Assembly (NCBI GenBank): GCA_044376115.1
Contig: JBILLK010000002.1
Span: 128,001 to 192,000 of the forward strand
Direction of reading: 5' to 3'
DNA length: 64,000 nt
DNA from: Polyangiaceae bacterium
Lineage (GTDB): Bacteria; Myxococcota_A; Polyangia; Polyangiales; Polyangiaceae
This document shows, one piece after another, positions 46,480 through 56,067 of the stretch (its first letter is position 1; each line of letters opens with the position of its first letter). The notes beneath the pieces are model-generated. The model did no database searches, had not been told where the DNA came from, and worked only from the letters and a program-made list of their open reading frames with translations. The translations under genes and the position numbers were made by a program.

Positions 46480-48030
46480 GTGAGCAAGGAAGCGCAGAAG
46501 GGCAACCAAAAGGCAGCAAAGCCCGTTGAGACGGCGATCAAGCCGACGCGTGCGGAGGACTACGCCGAGTGGTACCAGCAGGTCGTTCGCGCGGCGGACT
46601 TGGCGGAGAACTCCGCGGTGCGCGGCTGCATGGTGATCAAGCCCTGGGGCTATGCGTTGTGGGAGCGCTTCCAAGCCGAGCTGGACGCGATGTTCAAGGC
46701 CACGGGCCACAAGAACGCCTACTTCCCGCTGTTCATCCCGAAGTCCTTCTTGGAGAAAGAAGCGGAGCACGTCGACGGCTTCGCCAAGGAATGTGCTGTC
46801 GTCACGCATCATCGCTTGATCGCTGGTGAAGGAGGTGGCCTCATTCCGGATCCCAAAGCCAAGCTCGAGGAGCCGCTGATTGTCCGCCCGACCAGCGAGA
46901 CGATCATCGGTGCGAGCTTTGCGCAGTGGGTTCGCAGCTACCGCGATTTGCCGCTGCTAATCAACCAATGGGCCAACGTGGTGCGCTGGGAGATGCGGAC
47001 GCGCCTGTTCTTGCGTACGGCTGAGTTTCTTTGGCAGGAAGGGCACACCGCCCACGCCACGCGTGAAGAGGCCGAGACCGAGACGCGCCAGATGCTCGAG
47101 GTGTACGTCAAGTTCGCCACCGAATACATGGCTATGCCGGTCCACTACGGAGCCAAGACCAAGAGCGAGCGTTTCCCCGGCGCCGTCGAGACGTACTCGA
47201 TCGAAGCGATGATGCAGGACAAGAAGGCGCTGCAGGCGGGCACCTCGCATTTCCTGGGTCAAAATTTTGCGAAGGCCAGCGGCATTCGCTTTCAAACAAA
47301 GCTTGAGACCGAGGAGTACGCCTGGACCACGTCGTGGGGTGTTTCGACTCGGTTGGTTGGCGCGCTGCTGATGACGCACGCAGATGATGACGGCATGATC
47401 ATTCCGCCGCGGCTCGCTCCGGCGCACGTCGTGGTGCTGCCTGTTCTGCGCGGCGACGAGACGAAAGCGGCAGTGATGGACTACGTCGCTCAGTTGAAGG
47501 CCGATCTAGCGAAGGTCCGCTACCACGACCGCCCGATCGAGGTGGAGGTGGACGCCCGCGATATTCGTGGCGGAGAGAAGAACTGGGACTGGATCAAAAA
47601 GGGCGTGCCGCTGCGTGTCGAGGTGGGCCCGCGCGACGTGGAGTCTTCCGCGGTGATGGTGAGCCGCCGCGACCGCGGTCCTCGAGACAAGACGTCCATG
47701 TCACGCGAGGACTTCGTCAACGGCATCGTTGCGATGTTGGACGACATGCAAAACGGCCTGCTCCAGAAGGCGCTCGCTTACCGCGCCGCCGCGTCGAAGA
47801 CGGTCACCTCCCGCGAGGAATTCGAGGCGTTGTTCAGTGGTTCTGAAGGCGGCGGTTTCGCGTTCGCCCACTTTAGCTGCGACGAGAAGGTCGAGAATGA
47901 CCTCAAGGAGCGTTTCAAGGTTACCGTGCGCAATATCCCGGAGGATGTTCCGTCGGCGCTATTGCCCGGGACCTGCATCTTCACCGGGGTTCCTTGCGAT
48001 CGACAGGTGCTCTTCGCGAAGTCGTATTGA
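46480..48030 (+). CDS. proS: Proline--tRNA ligase (archaeal/eukaryotic-like type)
   Basis: NAYFPL, RPTSET, QWANVVRWE, EFLWQEGH, QAGTSH.LGQNF, SWGVSTR, C-terminal FAKSY; GTG with GGAGG SD. Confidence 0.97.
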   Translation: MSKEAQKGNQKAAKPVETAIKPTRAEDYAEWYQQVVRAADLAENSAVRGCMVIKPWGYALWERFQAELDAMFKATGHKNAYFPLFIPKSFLEKEAEHVDGFAKECAVVTHHRLIAGEGGGLIPDPKAKLEEPLIVRPTSETIIGASFAQWVRSYRDLPLLINQWANVVRWEMRTRLFLRTAEFLWQEGHTAHATREEAETETRQMLEVYVKFATEYMAMPVHYGAKTKSERFPGAVETYSIEAMMQDKKALQAGTSHFLGQNFAKASGIRFQTKLETEEYAWTTSWGVSTRLVGALLMTHADDDGMIIPPRLAPAHVVVLPVLRGDETKAAVMDYVAQLKADLAKVRYHDRPIEVEVDARDIRGGEKNWDWIKKGVPLRVEVGPRDVESSAVMVSRRDRGPRDKTSMSREDFVNGIVAMLDDMQNGLLQKALAYRAAASKTVTSREEFEALFSGSEGGGFAFAHFSCDEKVENDLKERFKVTVRNIPEDVPSALLPGTCIFTGVPCDRQVLFAKSY

Positions 48031-48064
48031 CCTCGGTTCTCCTGCGGTGGGAACATCGGTCTGA

Positions 48065-49387
48065 GTGATTAGCCTCGACTCCATCGTTGATCGGGTTTGT
48101 GAGGCTGCTCGGGCCGATTTCGCGTTCGTGCTTACGCGCCGGGGCCGCCTCGCTACGCGCAAGGCTCCCGAGAACATGCCCGAGGCGGGGCGCAATGCTC
48201 TGCTCGCGGTAGCGGAGAAGCAGCTGCGAGAGAAGCGAGGCAGCGTCTCGCACGTGGACGTGCCGCGTGAAATGTTGGTGCCGTTCGGTGGGGCCGCGCC
48301 AGTCGACGTTTACGTGGCCGCTCGTGAAGAAGCGATCCTGTGCGTGGTCATGGCGACCTTTGCCGAGCAGTTGTACGTCAGCGATGCCATCGCTGAAGGG
48401 ACGGCTGCACTCGATAAACTCCTCTTGGCCGAGGCTGAGCGCCGCGAACGCCGCAGGCCAGGGCGCAAGGAGAAAGAAAAGCCTGAAGGGCCAAGGACCA
48501 AAGCAGGGCGACGGGGAAGTGATCCGGCACTCGAAGAGTCGAAGGCAGCGCCTGCCGTGGTGCGGGCTGCTAGCGCTCCAGCGGCGGCCAGCCCAGCGCC
48601 GGAGCCGTTTGAGTTGGATGACTCGGACGACATGCCCACCATCACCATCGCGCAAACCAAGATGGGTAGGGCGACGCTCGCGGCGATCGAGATCGACCGC
48701 GATGCTCCAGAAATCACCTACAGCACCAGCACGATCGGCCGCAGGACGTTGGGCGAGATCGAGCTTTCGCTGTTGCCGGCTGGAGACCCGCGCAGCAGCG
48801 TACCGGACATTCGTGTGGACGTGATCAGTCTGCCAGCGATCGATGGGGCTGAGCTGGACGTCACCGATCGCACGACGTTGCCTTTCACTGAGCGGCCGGA
48901 GGACGCAAAACGGCGGTTTGAATTGGCGGAGCGGCTGCGCCAAGGGCTCGGCCCCGTCGTCCTTGAAACGACCAAGACGCGCACCGTGATTGCGGGCCGT
49001 TCAAAGCCGTTTCGAGCGGTCAAACCAGCGCCCGTTGCCGAGCCTGCTCCGCGCGCAGCGGTTCCCACGGTGGAGTCGAAGCCGCGCGACTCCAATATCG
49101 AAATTTGGCACTCGGCGCTGGCCGAGTCGCTCGAGGAAAAGCCAAGCGATCGCGAGTCTCCGCGTCGGAGAACTCAGCCCCCGCCGCGGGCCCCGTCGAG
49201 CACGTGGGCGCGCCCGACGAAGGACAAAGAAAAGGAAAAGGAAGAGCGCGCTGCTAGCCCGAGCTCGACGCGTGACAAGTCGGTGTGGCCGAGCGCCAGC
49301 GCAAAGCCCTCCGCCAAGCGGAAGTTGCCACCGGCTTCCTCCTTACCAGTCGCCAAGCAACGCCCCTCCGACAAGCCCAAGCGTTAA
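48065..49387 (+). CDS. Hypothetical protein with N-terminal roadblock/LC7-like domain and long disordered tail
   Basis: Helix + FAFVLTRRGRL + later strands/helix typical of the roadblock fold (by eye); Pro/Lys/Ser-rich C-terminus. Confidence 0.55.
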   Translation: MISLDSIVDRVCEAARADFAFVLTRRGRLATRKAPENMPEAGRNALLAVAEKQLREKRGSVSHVDVPREMLVPFGGAAPVDVYVAAREEAILCVVMATFAEQLYVSDAIAEGTAALDKLLLAEAERRERRRPGRKEKEKPEGPRTKAGRRGSDPALEESKAAPAVVRAASAPAAASPAPEPFELDDSDDMPTITIAQTKMGRATLAAIEIDRDAPEITYSTSTIGRRTLGEIELSLLPAGDPRSSVPDIRVDVISLPAIDGAELDVTDRTTLPFTERPEDAKRRFELAERLRQGLGPVVLETTKTRTVIAGRSKPFRAVKPAPVAEPAPRAAVPTVESKPRDSNIEIWHSALAESLEEKPSDRESPRRRTQPPPRAPSSTWARPTKDKEKEKEERAASPSSTRDKSVWPSASAKPSAKRKLPPASSLPVAKQRPSDKPKR

Positions 49388-50382
49388 CGCGTTGAAGCGC
49401 CGCGAGCGCGTTCTTGCCAGCTCGCGACCAGCTCGGGAAAGAGGCCGAGATGCGCGCAGTGCGCGTCACGATCCGAGCCTGCATAGCCTCGGAGGATGAC
49501 GCCCTTCTCCTCGGCGCGCCGCTCGAGTGAGCGCGTTCCGCCTGTGCGCGTACGGTCGACGCGCATCAGCAACCGTTCGATCAGGGTATCGGCCACTTCG
49601 GCTGTATTGGCGTAGCCCTCGGTAGGCACTCGGCTGTGCGTGAGCATGAAGCTCGTCTGAGGTGACTCGAGCGCGCGCCTAGCGAAGCTCTCAAAGGGCG
49701 CCAAACGCTCCAAATCGACGTTCTTGGAAAGGCCCTGATAGCTGCCGTACAGCGAGTCGAGCAGTAGCACGCCGCTGAGTTCGGGCAGGTCTGGGGAAGC
49801 TGTTAGCACCTGCCGCACTGCTTCAAAGCCGGCCGAGAACGAGGACACCAACAAGGAGCGGACATGCGCCTGCTGCCCAGTACTCGCCGAGACGGTTGCG
49901 TCGATCCCGTGGATCAGCGTCTCGAGTTCGGCCTTGCTTCGGACCACGCCTGCGTAGTCCCCCGAGGAATCACCCTTATCAAGGGCAGCGACGATCACCT
50001 GCAGATTGGAGGCAGCGGCGATCCGCTTTACCGGCTCTTTGCCATGAAAATGCAGCACGAGGTCGTAGCCACCGTCCGGGAGCAAAGCGGACGGTGAGAT
50101 AAGCACCTCGAGCCCTTGCTCGGATTTCTCGAGCGTCCGACCACCGAGTCCTTGGTCGGGAACGTTGCAACTGAAGGCCTCGAGTGAAGTCGAAACACGC
50201 GCTGCGACCGGAGCGCGGGTGGCCGGGAGCGGAGCTACTTCGGCTGTGGCGGCGCTTGGTTGCGCTTGGGCTGTAGGTTCTTGCGAATGGGAGCTGCGTG
50301 CCGGGGAGGCGAGCAACGCGGCTAACGCGACGACAACGACGACGAGCTCACTTGCACGGACGGCGAGGGTTCTTTCACGCAC
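49384..50382 (-). CDS. Exported alpha/beta-hydrolase-like protein
   Basis: Signal peptide, LHFHG, SFSAG, LLDSLY, C-terminal His (AHCAH). Confidence 0.65.
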   Translation of the reverse strand: MRERTLAVRASELVVVVVALAALLASPARSSHSQEPTAQAQPSAATAEVAPLPATRAPVAARVSTSLEAFSCNVPDQGLGGRTLEKSEQGLEVLISPSALLPDGGYDLVLHFHGKEPVKRIAAASNLQVIVAALDKGDSSGDYAGVVRSKAELETLIHGIDATVSASTGQQAHVRSLLVSSFSAGFEAVRQVLTASPDLPELSGVLLLDSLYGSYQGLSKNVDLERLAPFESFARRALESPQTSFMLTHSRVPTEGYANTAEVADTLIERLLMRVDRTRTGGTRSLERRAEEKGVILRGYAGSDRDAHCAHLGLFPELVASWQERARGASTR

Positions 50383-52245
50383 TTAGAAGCCAGGAGTCTG
50401 GACGACGGGCACGCTCGTGTCGACCGGCTTTGGCTTGGTCTCAGGCTTCCCGCTCGCTACCGTGGCAGTCGCCGTTGGCGCAATAGGCGCAGCCGTTGCG
50501 GTGGGCTGCGGATCCGCGGTTGCGCCGGTGGGAGTTGGGGTCGCGGGCGTCGGCGTGGTGGTGACCGGCTTCGCCGTTGCTGGCTGACCGGCCTCCGCCG
50601 TGGCGGTCGATGGGGTAGGGGAATCGGGCAACGATGCGAGGTCGATCACCTGCCCGCCGGGCTGCCCAGAAGGCTCTGCGTTGGTTCCAGAGGAAGGGTT
50701 GTTCGGGGAGATCGCGGCTGCGCTCGATGGCGGCTTGGACGACGAAGGCCCCGTCTCACTCTTCATCAACGCAATGGTCACGCCACCTACCGCGACCGCC
50801 GCCGCGAGGCTCAAGGCCACAGCGCCGAACACTCGCTTGCTACGGCGGGCCTCGAGCAGGCGCCGCTCGTCGGACATGGCCTCCACAGCTGCAAGCGTGG
50901 GCGAACTCACCACTGGTGGTTCGCTGGGGAGAGCTGGGCGTTGCGCGAGCGGCTCGACGCGCGTGATTTGCGAAAGTGCCGACGACCCGCTCGTCTCCTG
51001 GGGCTTGACCGTCTCAGTGTCCGTGATCGCGTGAGCGTCGGCTTTGACGGTCTTCGCGTTGTAGGCGCGCGCCTCGGTCACCTCGTCCTTGCGCACCGCC
51101 GGGACCGACTCCATCACGTCCGCAGAATCCAACGTCGCACGGGTCGCCGCACGCGGCGGCGTTTGCATGCGCGTGAACATCATACCGGTCATCGACTCCG
51201 GCGGACTGGAGCTCGGGGTACCAGCCGACGTTGCAAGCGCAGCCTCGTCAATCTTCAGCGCGGCGTCGCGGATAGCCGCTCTCCGTTTGCGATCGCGTTC
51301 ACCCAACGTCGAACGTACGAAGGTGCCCACTTCATCCAGCGTAACGGGCCCACCGATCGCGGCGGACGCCGCAGCGATCGCCGCCTCGAGGTCGCTCTCC
51401 AGCTCGCTGGCGCTCTGGTGACGGCGCTCCGGATCCTTGTTCAAAGCCCGCAGCACCACCCGCTCGATCTCGACGGGGAGGGACGGGTTCTTCACTCGGG
51501 GTGGCATCACCGGCCGCGTGATGATGTTGCGCATCGTCTTGATGTCGGAATCATCCAAGAACGGATGGGTGCCAGTCGTCAGGCGGTAAAGAATGATGCC
51601 CAGCGCAAAGATGTCGGTGCGCCGGTCGACGTCAGCTCCGCGCGCTTGTTCGGGCGACATGAACGGCACCTTGCCCTTCAGCTGCCCAGCTGTCGTCTCC
51701 CCGCCGCGGCCCATCGCTTTGGCCACACCAAAGTCGACGATCTTCACCACGCCCGACGCTGACACCAGGATGTTCTGCGGAGAAACGTCGCGGTGAACGA
51801 GCTCGAGCAGGCGTTCATCCTCATCGCGCAGCTCGTGCGCTGCGTGCAAGCCAGCGGCGGCTTGCGAAGCGATCTTCAGCCCCACTCGGAGCGGGATGTC
51901 GGTGCCGTTCTTGCGCGAGAACTTGGAGAGCGTGGATAGAGATTCTCCGTCAACCCACTCCATCGCGAGAAAGAGCACCTCGTCCTCTTCACCAAGGTCG
52001 ATGATCTGCGCGACGTTCGGGTGCTGGATCTTCGAAGCGATGGTCGCTTCGTCGAGGAACATCTGCTCAAACGTCGGATCGTCGGAGAGGGAGGGCAGGA
52101 TGGTCTTGATCGCCACGGTCTTCGAGAAGCCGCGAGAGCCCTTGAGTCGTGCAGCCCATACGGTCGCCATCCCGCCGGAGGCGATTGGCAGGAGCAGCTC
52201 GTACCGGCCCAACACCGTTCCCGGAGCTAACTGATGCGTCCCCAT
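50383..52245 (-). CDS. Membrane Ser/Thr protein kinase
   Basis: GRYELL..IASGGMATVW, VAIK, HRDVSPQN, DFG, SPEQ, DIFALG, TM, Pro/Thr tail. Confidence 0.95.
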   Translation of the reverse strand: MGTHQLAPGTVLGRYELLLPIASGGMATVWAARLKGSRGFSKTVAIKTILPSLSDDPTFEQMFLDEATIASKIQHPNVAQIIDLGEEDEVLFLAMEWVDGESLSTLSKFSRKNGTDIPLRVGLKIASQAAAGLHAAHELRDEDERLLELVHRDVSPQNILVSASGVVKIVDFGVAKAMGRGGETTAGQLKGKVPFMSPEQARGADVDRRTDIFALGIILYRLTTGTHPFLDDSDIKTMRNIITRPVMPPRVKNPSLPVEIERVVLRALNKDPERRHQSASELESDLEAAIAAASAAIGGPVTLDEVGTFVRSTLGERDRKRRAAIRDAALKIDEAALATSAGTPSSSPPESMTGMMFTRMQTPPRAATRATLDSADVMESVPAVRKDEVTEARAYNAKTVKADAHAITDTETVKPQETSGSSALSQITRVEPLAQRPALPSEPPVVSSPTLAAVEAMSDERRLLEARRSKRVFGAVALSLAAAVAVGGVTIALMKSETGPSSSKPPSSAAAISPNNPSSGTNAEPSGQPGGQVIDLASLPDSPTPSTATAEAGQPATAKPVTTTPTPATPTPTGATADPQPTATAAPIAPTATATVASGKPETKPKPVDTSVPVVQTPGF

Positions 52246-52407
52246 TGTGCTTCGTAGGCTCCGTGATTGCGAGCTGTCACGGCCTGCATGGCGCGACGTT
52301 CGAACATAGCACGACCTTCACTCGGGAGGCCGATTGTGTCGGTTCTAACGGGCTTTTGACAAATGAGGTAACAGTCGGCGCTGCCAACGATTGTTGCGCG
52401 TCTGCGC

Positions 52408-52445
52408 TTGACGCCTGCAAGCATAGCGGATTAGGGTCCGCGCCC
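52408..52445 (+). promoter_or_regulatory. Sigma-70-like promoter with GC-rich discriminator
   Basis: TTGACG-N18-TAGGGT followed by CCGCGCCC, upstream of the small basic ORF. Confidence 0.5.
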
Positions 52446-52467
52446 TTTCACCCAAGGATTTGAGATC

Positions 52468-52647
52468 ATGGCCAACATCGCTAAGTGGAACATCCGGCTT
52501 CGTCACGAGTGGCTTCAGACCCCGCTGAAGAAGAAGCGCATCAAGCGCGCCGAGAAGGCTCGTTGTGGTCTGCTCGCCGCTGAGCTGCGCAAGTCTGAGA
52601 AAGCCGCACGCAAAGCCGCTTCCAAGGCTGCTGCGACGACTGGCTGA
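52468..52647 (+). CDS. 59-aa highly basic small protein (not in the ORF track)
   Basis: MANIAKWNIRLRHEWLQTPLKKKRIKRAEKARCGLLAAELRKSEKAARKAASKAAATTG; AAGGA SD; GCT/CGT/TCT/GGT codons. Confidence 0.8.
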   Translation: MANIAKWNIRLRHEWLQTPLKKKRIKRAEKARCGLLAAELRKSEKAARKAASKAAATTG

Positions 52648-52743
52648 GCGGTTGCTTCTCGTTTCCCGAAAGCACATTCCCAACGGCAACTGTGTGCTGT
52701 TTTTCGCCAGCAGACCTGGGCCGTGCTACGTCTGAGAAATACG

Positions 52744-53382
52744 ATGAACGCTCGCACCTCCTCACTAACTGGGTTCGTTGTTGTCGCCTTCCTTGGAACG
52801 GGCTGCGCTGCTCGCACAGCTCCTTTCGACAACCTCGATGATGCACAAATGACGATCCTGAAGCTCCAAGGAGAGCAGCAGGCGGCGAGCCCCATTCCGG
52901 GGGCTGGCTCGTTCCCCTTCCCGGGCGGGCTCTCGCTCCCCGGCGTAACGCCGGATCAGCTTCTGCAACAGGGGCAGCAGACCTGGCAGCAGATGATGCC
53001 TGGCGTACCGTTTCCTTTCCCCGGTGGAACTGGCGGCGCGGGTACCACCCCGGCACAACCGAAGTACAACGGCTTCGTGATTCTGCAGCAAAGCGCTGGT
53101 GATGAGGACACCAAGTCGGAGATTTTGGACCTCTTCGGAGATGAGGCCAGCTTCAACCAGAACCGTCAGCCTTGTTTCACCCCGGGCATGGCGGTGATCT
53201 TTACGCCTCCGGATGGTAGCCCCAACGTGGAGCTGATGATCTCCTTCGCCTGCAATCACACGCAGGGCGTAGGCTTTCAGTGGCCCTATGCTGCGTCGGG
53301 CTTCACCCCGGAATCGGGCAACACGCTACGCAACGTGTATATGCGCGTGTTCGGCACGCCCCCGCCGCCAACCGGTTCCTGA
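52744..53382 (+). CDS. Hypothetical lipoprotein
   Basis: GTGC lipobox; CFTPGMAV...ISFACN. Confidence 0.75.
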   Translation: MNARTSSLTGFVVVAFLGTGCAARTAPFDNLDDAQMTILKLQGEQQAASPIPGAGSFPFPGGLSLPGVTPDQLLQQGQQTWQQMMPGVPFPFPGGTGGAGTTPAQPKYNGFVILQQSAGDEDTKSEILDLFGDEASFNQNRQPCFTPGMAVIFTPPDGSPNVELMISFACNHTQGVGFQWPYAASGFTPESGNTLRNVYMRVFGTPPPPTGS

Positions 53383-53508
53383 CCGGGCGTCGCAAGCTCA
53401 CGAGCCCAAGCGAGTTACCTCAGCCGAACGGGTCTGCATGCAGCGCAGGCCCGTTCTGCGTTTTGTGACGCTGGCAGCGTCGCTAGGTTGCGAGCGCCGC
53501 TGGCGTGA

Positions 53509-53802
53509 TCAGTCGGGGACCTTCTCGAGCGTGACTTCGACCGTAACGCTCTTGTCCCCCGGCTTCGCCAGTACCTCGCCGTCGTAGGGGAAGTAGCCGG
53601 TCTTTTCGATCGAGATGCGGTGTTTGCCCGGCGGCAAGGCGACCCCGCGCTTCTCGACTCGAGCCACGCTCCCAACGGCTTCGTCGTCGATCGTTACTTC
53701 GGCGTCATCCACGTTGGCGGTCAGCTTGAGGGAGACCGTCTGCAGCTGGGCACTGCATCCGGTGCTCAAGAGCGCAGCCACGGTCAGGATCGTTCGCAAC
53801 AT
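53509..53802 (-). CDS. PEGA-domain lipoprotein
   Basis: STGC lipobox; AEVTIDD...LPPGKHRISIEKTGY. Confidence 0.8.
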   Translation of the reverse strand: MLRTILTVAALLSTGCSAQLQTVSLKLTANVDDAEVTIDDEAVGSVARVEKRGVALPPGKHRISIEKTGYFPYDGEVLAKPGDKSVTVEVTLEKVPD

Positions 53803-53807
53803 TGGGC

Positions 53808-55352
53808 TCACTCCCACTCGATGGTCGCCGGGGGCTTGGACGAGATGTCGTAGGCCACACGGTTGACGCCGCGGACCTCGTTGATGATGCGAGTCGAAGC
53901 GCGCGCAAGGACGTCATGCGGCATGCGGTACCAGTCGGCCGTCATACCGTCGGTGCTGGTGACGGCGCGGAGCGCCACCGCTTCATCGTAGGTTCGATCA
54001 TCGCCCATCACGCCTACACTTCGCACGGGCAAGAGGGCCGCGAAGGCCTGCCAAATTTCGTTGTAGAGGCCCGCCTTGCGAATCTCATCGAGAAAGATGG
54101 CGTCCGCTTTGCGCAGCGCCGTCAACCGCTCCGGCGTTAGCGCGCCGAGGCAGCGCACGGCGAGGCCAGGACCGGGGAAGGGGTGCCGATAGAGTAACTC
54201 GTGCGGCATGTTCATCGCCTCACCGACGCGACGAACCTCATCCTTGAACAGCTCGCGCAGCGGCTCGCACAGCTTGAGGTTCATTTTCTCGGGAAGTCCT
54301 CCAACGTTGTGGTGGCTCTTGATGACTGCGGAGGGACCACGCAGAGAGATGCTTTCAATCACGTCCGGGTAGAGCGTTCCTTGAACCAAGAACTTGGCGC
54401 CCTCGATCGCCCGGGCCTCGCGCTCGAACACTTCTATGAAGACGCGGCCGATGATTTTTCGCTTCTTCTCCGGATCGGTAACGCCCTCGAGCTGCGTTAG
54501 AAATTCCGAGCTGGCGTCGATGTGGATCAGGTTCTTGAGCGGGAAGACCTCGGTGAACATGCGCACGACGTCGCGTGCCTCGCCCTCACGCAGCAAGCCA
54601 TTGTCGATAAAGATGCAGGTGAGCCGCTCGTCGAGAGCACGTGCACAGAGTACGGCTGCGACCGATGAATCGACGCCTCCGGAGAGCCCGAGGATTGCGT
54701 GTTCCGAGCCAACCTGGTTGCGAATCTTCTCAACGGCCTCATCAACGAAGGAGGCGGCGGTCCAAGACGGTGTCAATCCGGCGACCTCAAACAGGAAGGC
54801 GTCGAGGATGGCTTTGCCTCGCTTGGTGTGCACGACCTCGGGATGAAACTGCATGCCGTACTGCCGCAAGCCTGCATGGCCCACCACACAGAACGGCGTG
54901 CTCGGGGTGGTCGCCAGCGTCTCAAAGCCAGCGGGCAACGCCTCGATGCGGTCGCCGTGACTCATCCAAACGTCGATGGACTCTCCCGCTCGAGCGAACG
55001 AAAGGACGCCGGTTGGCTGGCTCACCTGCATCGTCGCTGGGCCGTATTCGCGGTGTTCAGCACGCTCGACGCGGCCGCCTGTGAGGTGGGCCATTAGCTG
55101 CGCGCCGTAACAAATGCCGAGCACCGGTACGCCAAGCTCAAAGACGCCGCGGTCGATCGAAGGAGCGCCTTCGTCATAGACGCTGCTCGGTCCGCCGGAG
55201 AGCACGATGGCCTTGGGCGCTTTGGCCTTGATGGCGTCCAGCGAAAGCGTGCCAGGGTGGATCTCGCAGTAGACGTTGCTCTCGCGAATTCGGCGCGCAA
55301 TGAGCTGGGTGGTTTGCGAACCGAAATCGAGGATCAGGACGTGCTCTCGCAT
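53808..55352 (-). CDS. guaA: GMP synthase (glutamine-hydrolysing)
   Basis: [51 protein letters not shown]. Confidence 0.98.
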   Translation of the reverse strand: MREHVLILDFGSQTTQLIARRIRESNVYCEIHPGTLSLDAIKAKAPKAIVLSGGPSSVYDEGAPSIDRGVFELGVPVLGICYGAQLMAHLTGGRVERAEHREYGPATMQVSQPTGVLSFARAGESIDVWMSHGDRIEALPAGFETLATTPSTPFCVVGHAGLRQYGMQFHPEVVHTKRGKAILDAFLFEVAGLTPSWTAASFVDEAVEKIRNQVGSEHAILGLSGGVDSSVAAVLCARALDERLTCIFIDNGLLREGEARDVVRMFTEVFPLKNLIHIDASSEFLTQLEGVTDPEKKRKIIGRVFIEVFEREARAIEGAKFLVQGTLYPDVIESISLRGPSAVIKSHHNVGGLPEKMNLKLCEPLRELFKDEVRRVGEAMNMPHELLYRHPFPGPGLAVRCLGALTPERLTALRKADAIFLDEIRKAGLYNEIWQAFAALLPVRSVGVMGDDRTYDEAVALRAVTSTDGMTADWYRMPHDVLARASTRIINEVRGVNRVAYDISSKPPATIEWE

Positions 55353-55418
55353 CGCGGAGGGCGGTAGCACGGAGAGGTGCTGGCTCCAATCGCACGCAGC
55401 AGACTAGGATGATCGGTC

Positions 55419-55691
55419 ATGATCTCGCGCTGCCTCGCTGTAGCTCTGCTGCTCTCGCTCTCGGTTCTTTCGTCGCTATCGTGCCGCGACGCGCGCTTTC
55501 CGGTCTGCCAGGAGGACAGCGATTGTGCGAAAGAAGTCGGGAAGCACTGCTCGGATCTGCGCTGTGTCGAGTGCAGTGCCGACGAAGATTGTGGCGACGG
55601 TCGCTACTGCGAGCGCAAGCTGATGGCCTGCCGAAGTTTGGGCGGCGTGCAGCCGCCGTCGCAGGCGAGTGCGCTTCCGAGCGCCGAGTAG
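55419..55691 (+). CDS. Small Cys-rich lipoprotein
   Basis: Signal ending SLSC; C..DSDC...C...CVEC..DEDC....C. Confidence 0.7.
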   Translation: MISRCLAVALLLSLSVLSSLSCRDARFPVCQEDSDCAKEVGKHCSDLRCVECSADEDCGDGRYCERKLMACRSLGGVQPPSQASALPSAE

Positions 55692-55692
55692 C

Positions 55693-55980
55693 CTAGGGCT
55701 GCGCGTCTACGACGGCCGGATCGGCGGGTGAAGGACCTGGCGTGGGCGCGACCGGCGGTGGAGGCGCTTTCACACTCCCTGGCGCTGGCCCACCGGGTTT
55801 GCTCCCCGGTTGTTTTGGCGGAACGGATGGCGCTGGAGGCACCTTGTAACCGACAGCCTCTTTTGCCGCGGCTGCAAGCGATACGGCTGGGTTGGGCGGG
55901 TCATCGGCCTTGAATTCGGTACCGCAAGCCGTTGCTGCGAGACTCAGGCCCAGACCGCAGCTCACGAGGAGGCGCTTCAT
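55693..55980 (-). CDS. Small Pro-rich lipoprotein
   Basis: MKRLLV...ATAC lipobox, Pro-rich tail; start re-assigned to 55980. Confidence 0.65.
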   Translation of the reverse strand: MKRLLVSCGLGLSLAATACGTEFKADDPPNPAVSLAAAAKEAVGYKVPPAPSVPPKQPGSKPGGPAPGSVKAPPPPVAPTPGPSPADPAVVDAQP

Positions 55981-56067
55981 TGCGCCCAGGAGCTTAGCGG
56001 ATTCAAGGCGGAGTAACAGTGCAGCCAGCCACTGGTGGCGGAGCACACAAACGAGTAAAGCGCTCCA

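Noticed and set aside
53790..53830. guaA 3' end as an island integration site
   Set aside because: No integrase or direct repeat seen; the PEGA gene follows immediately.
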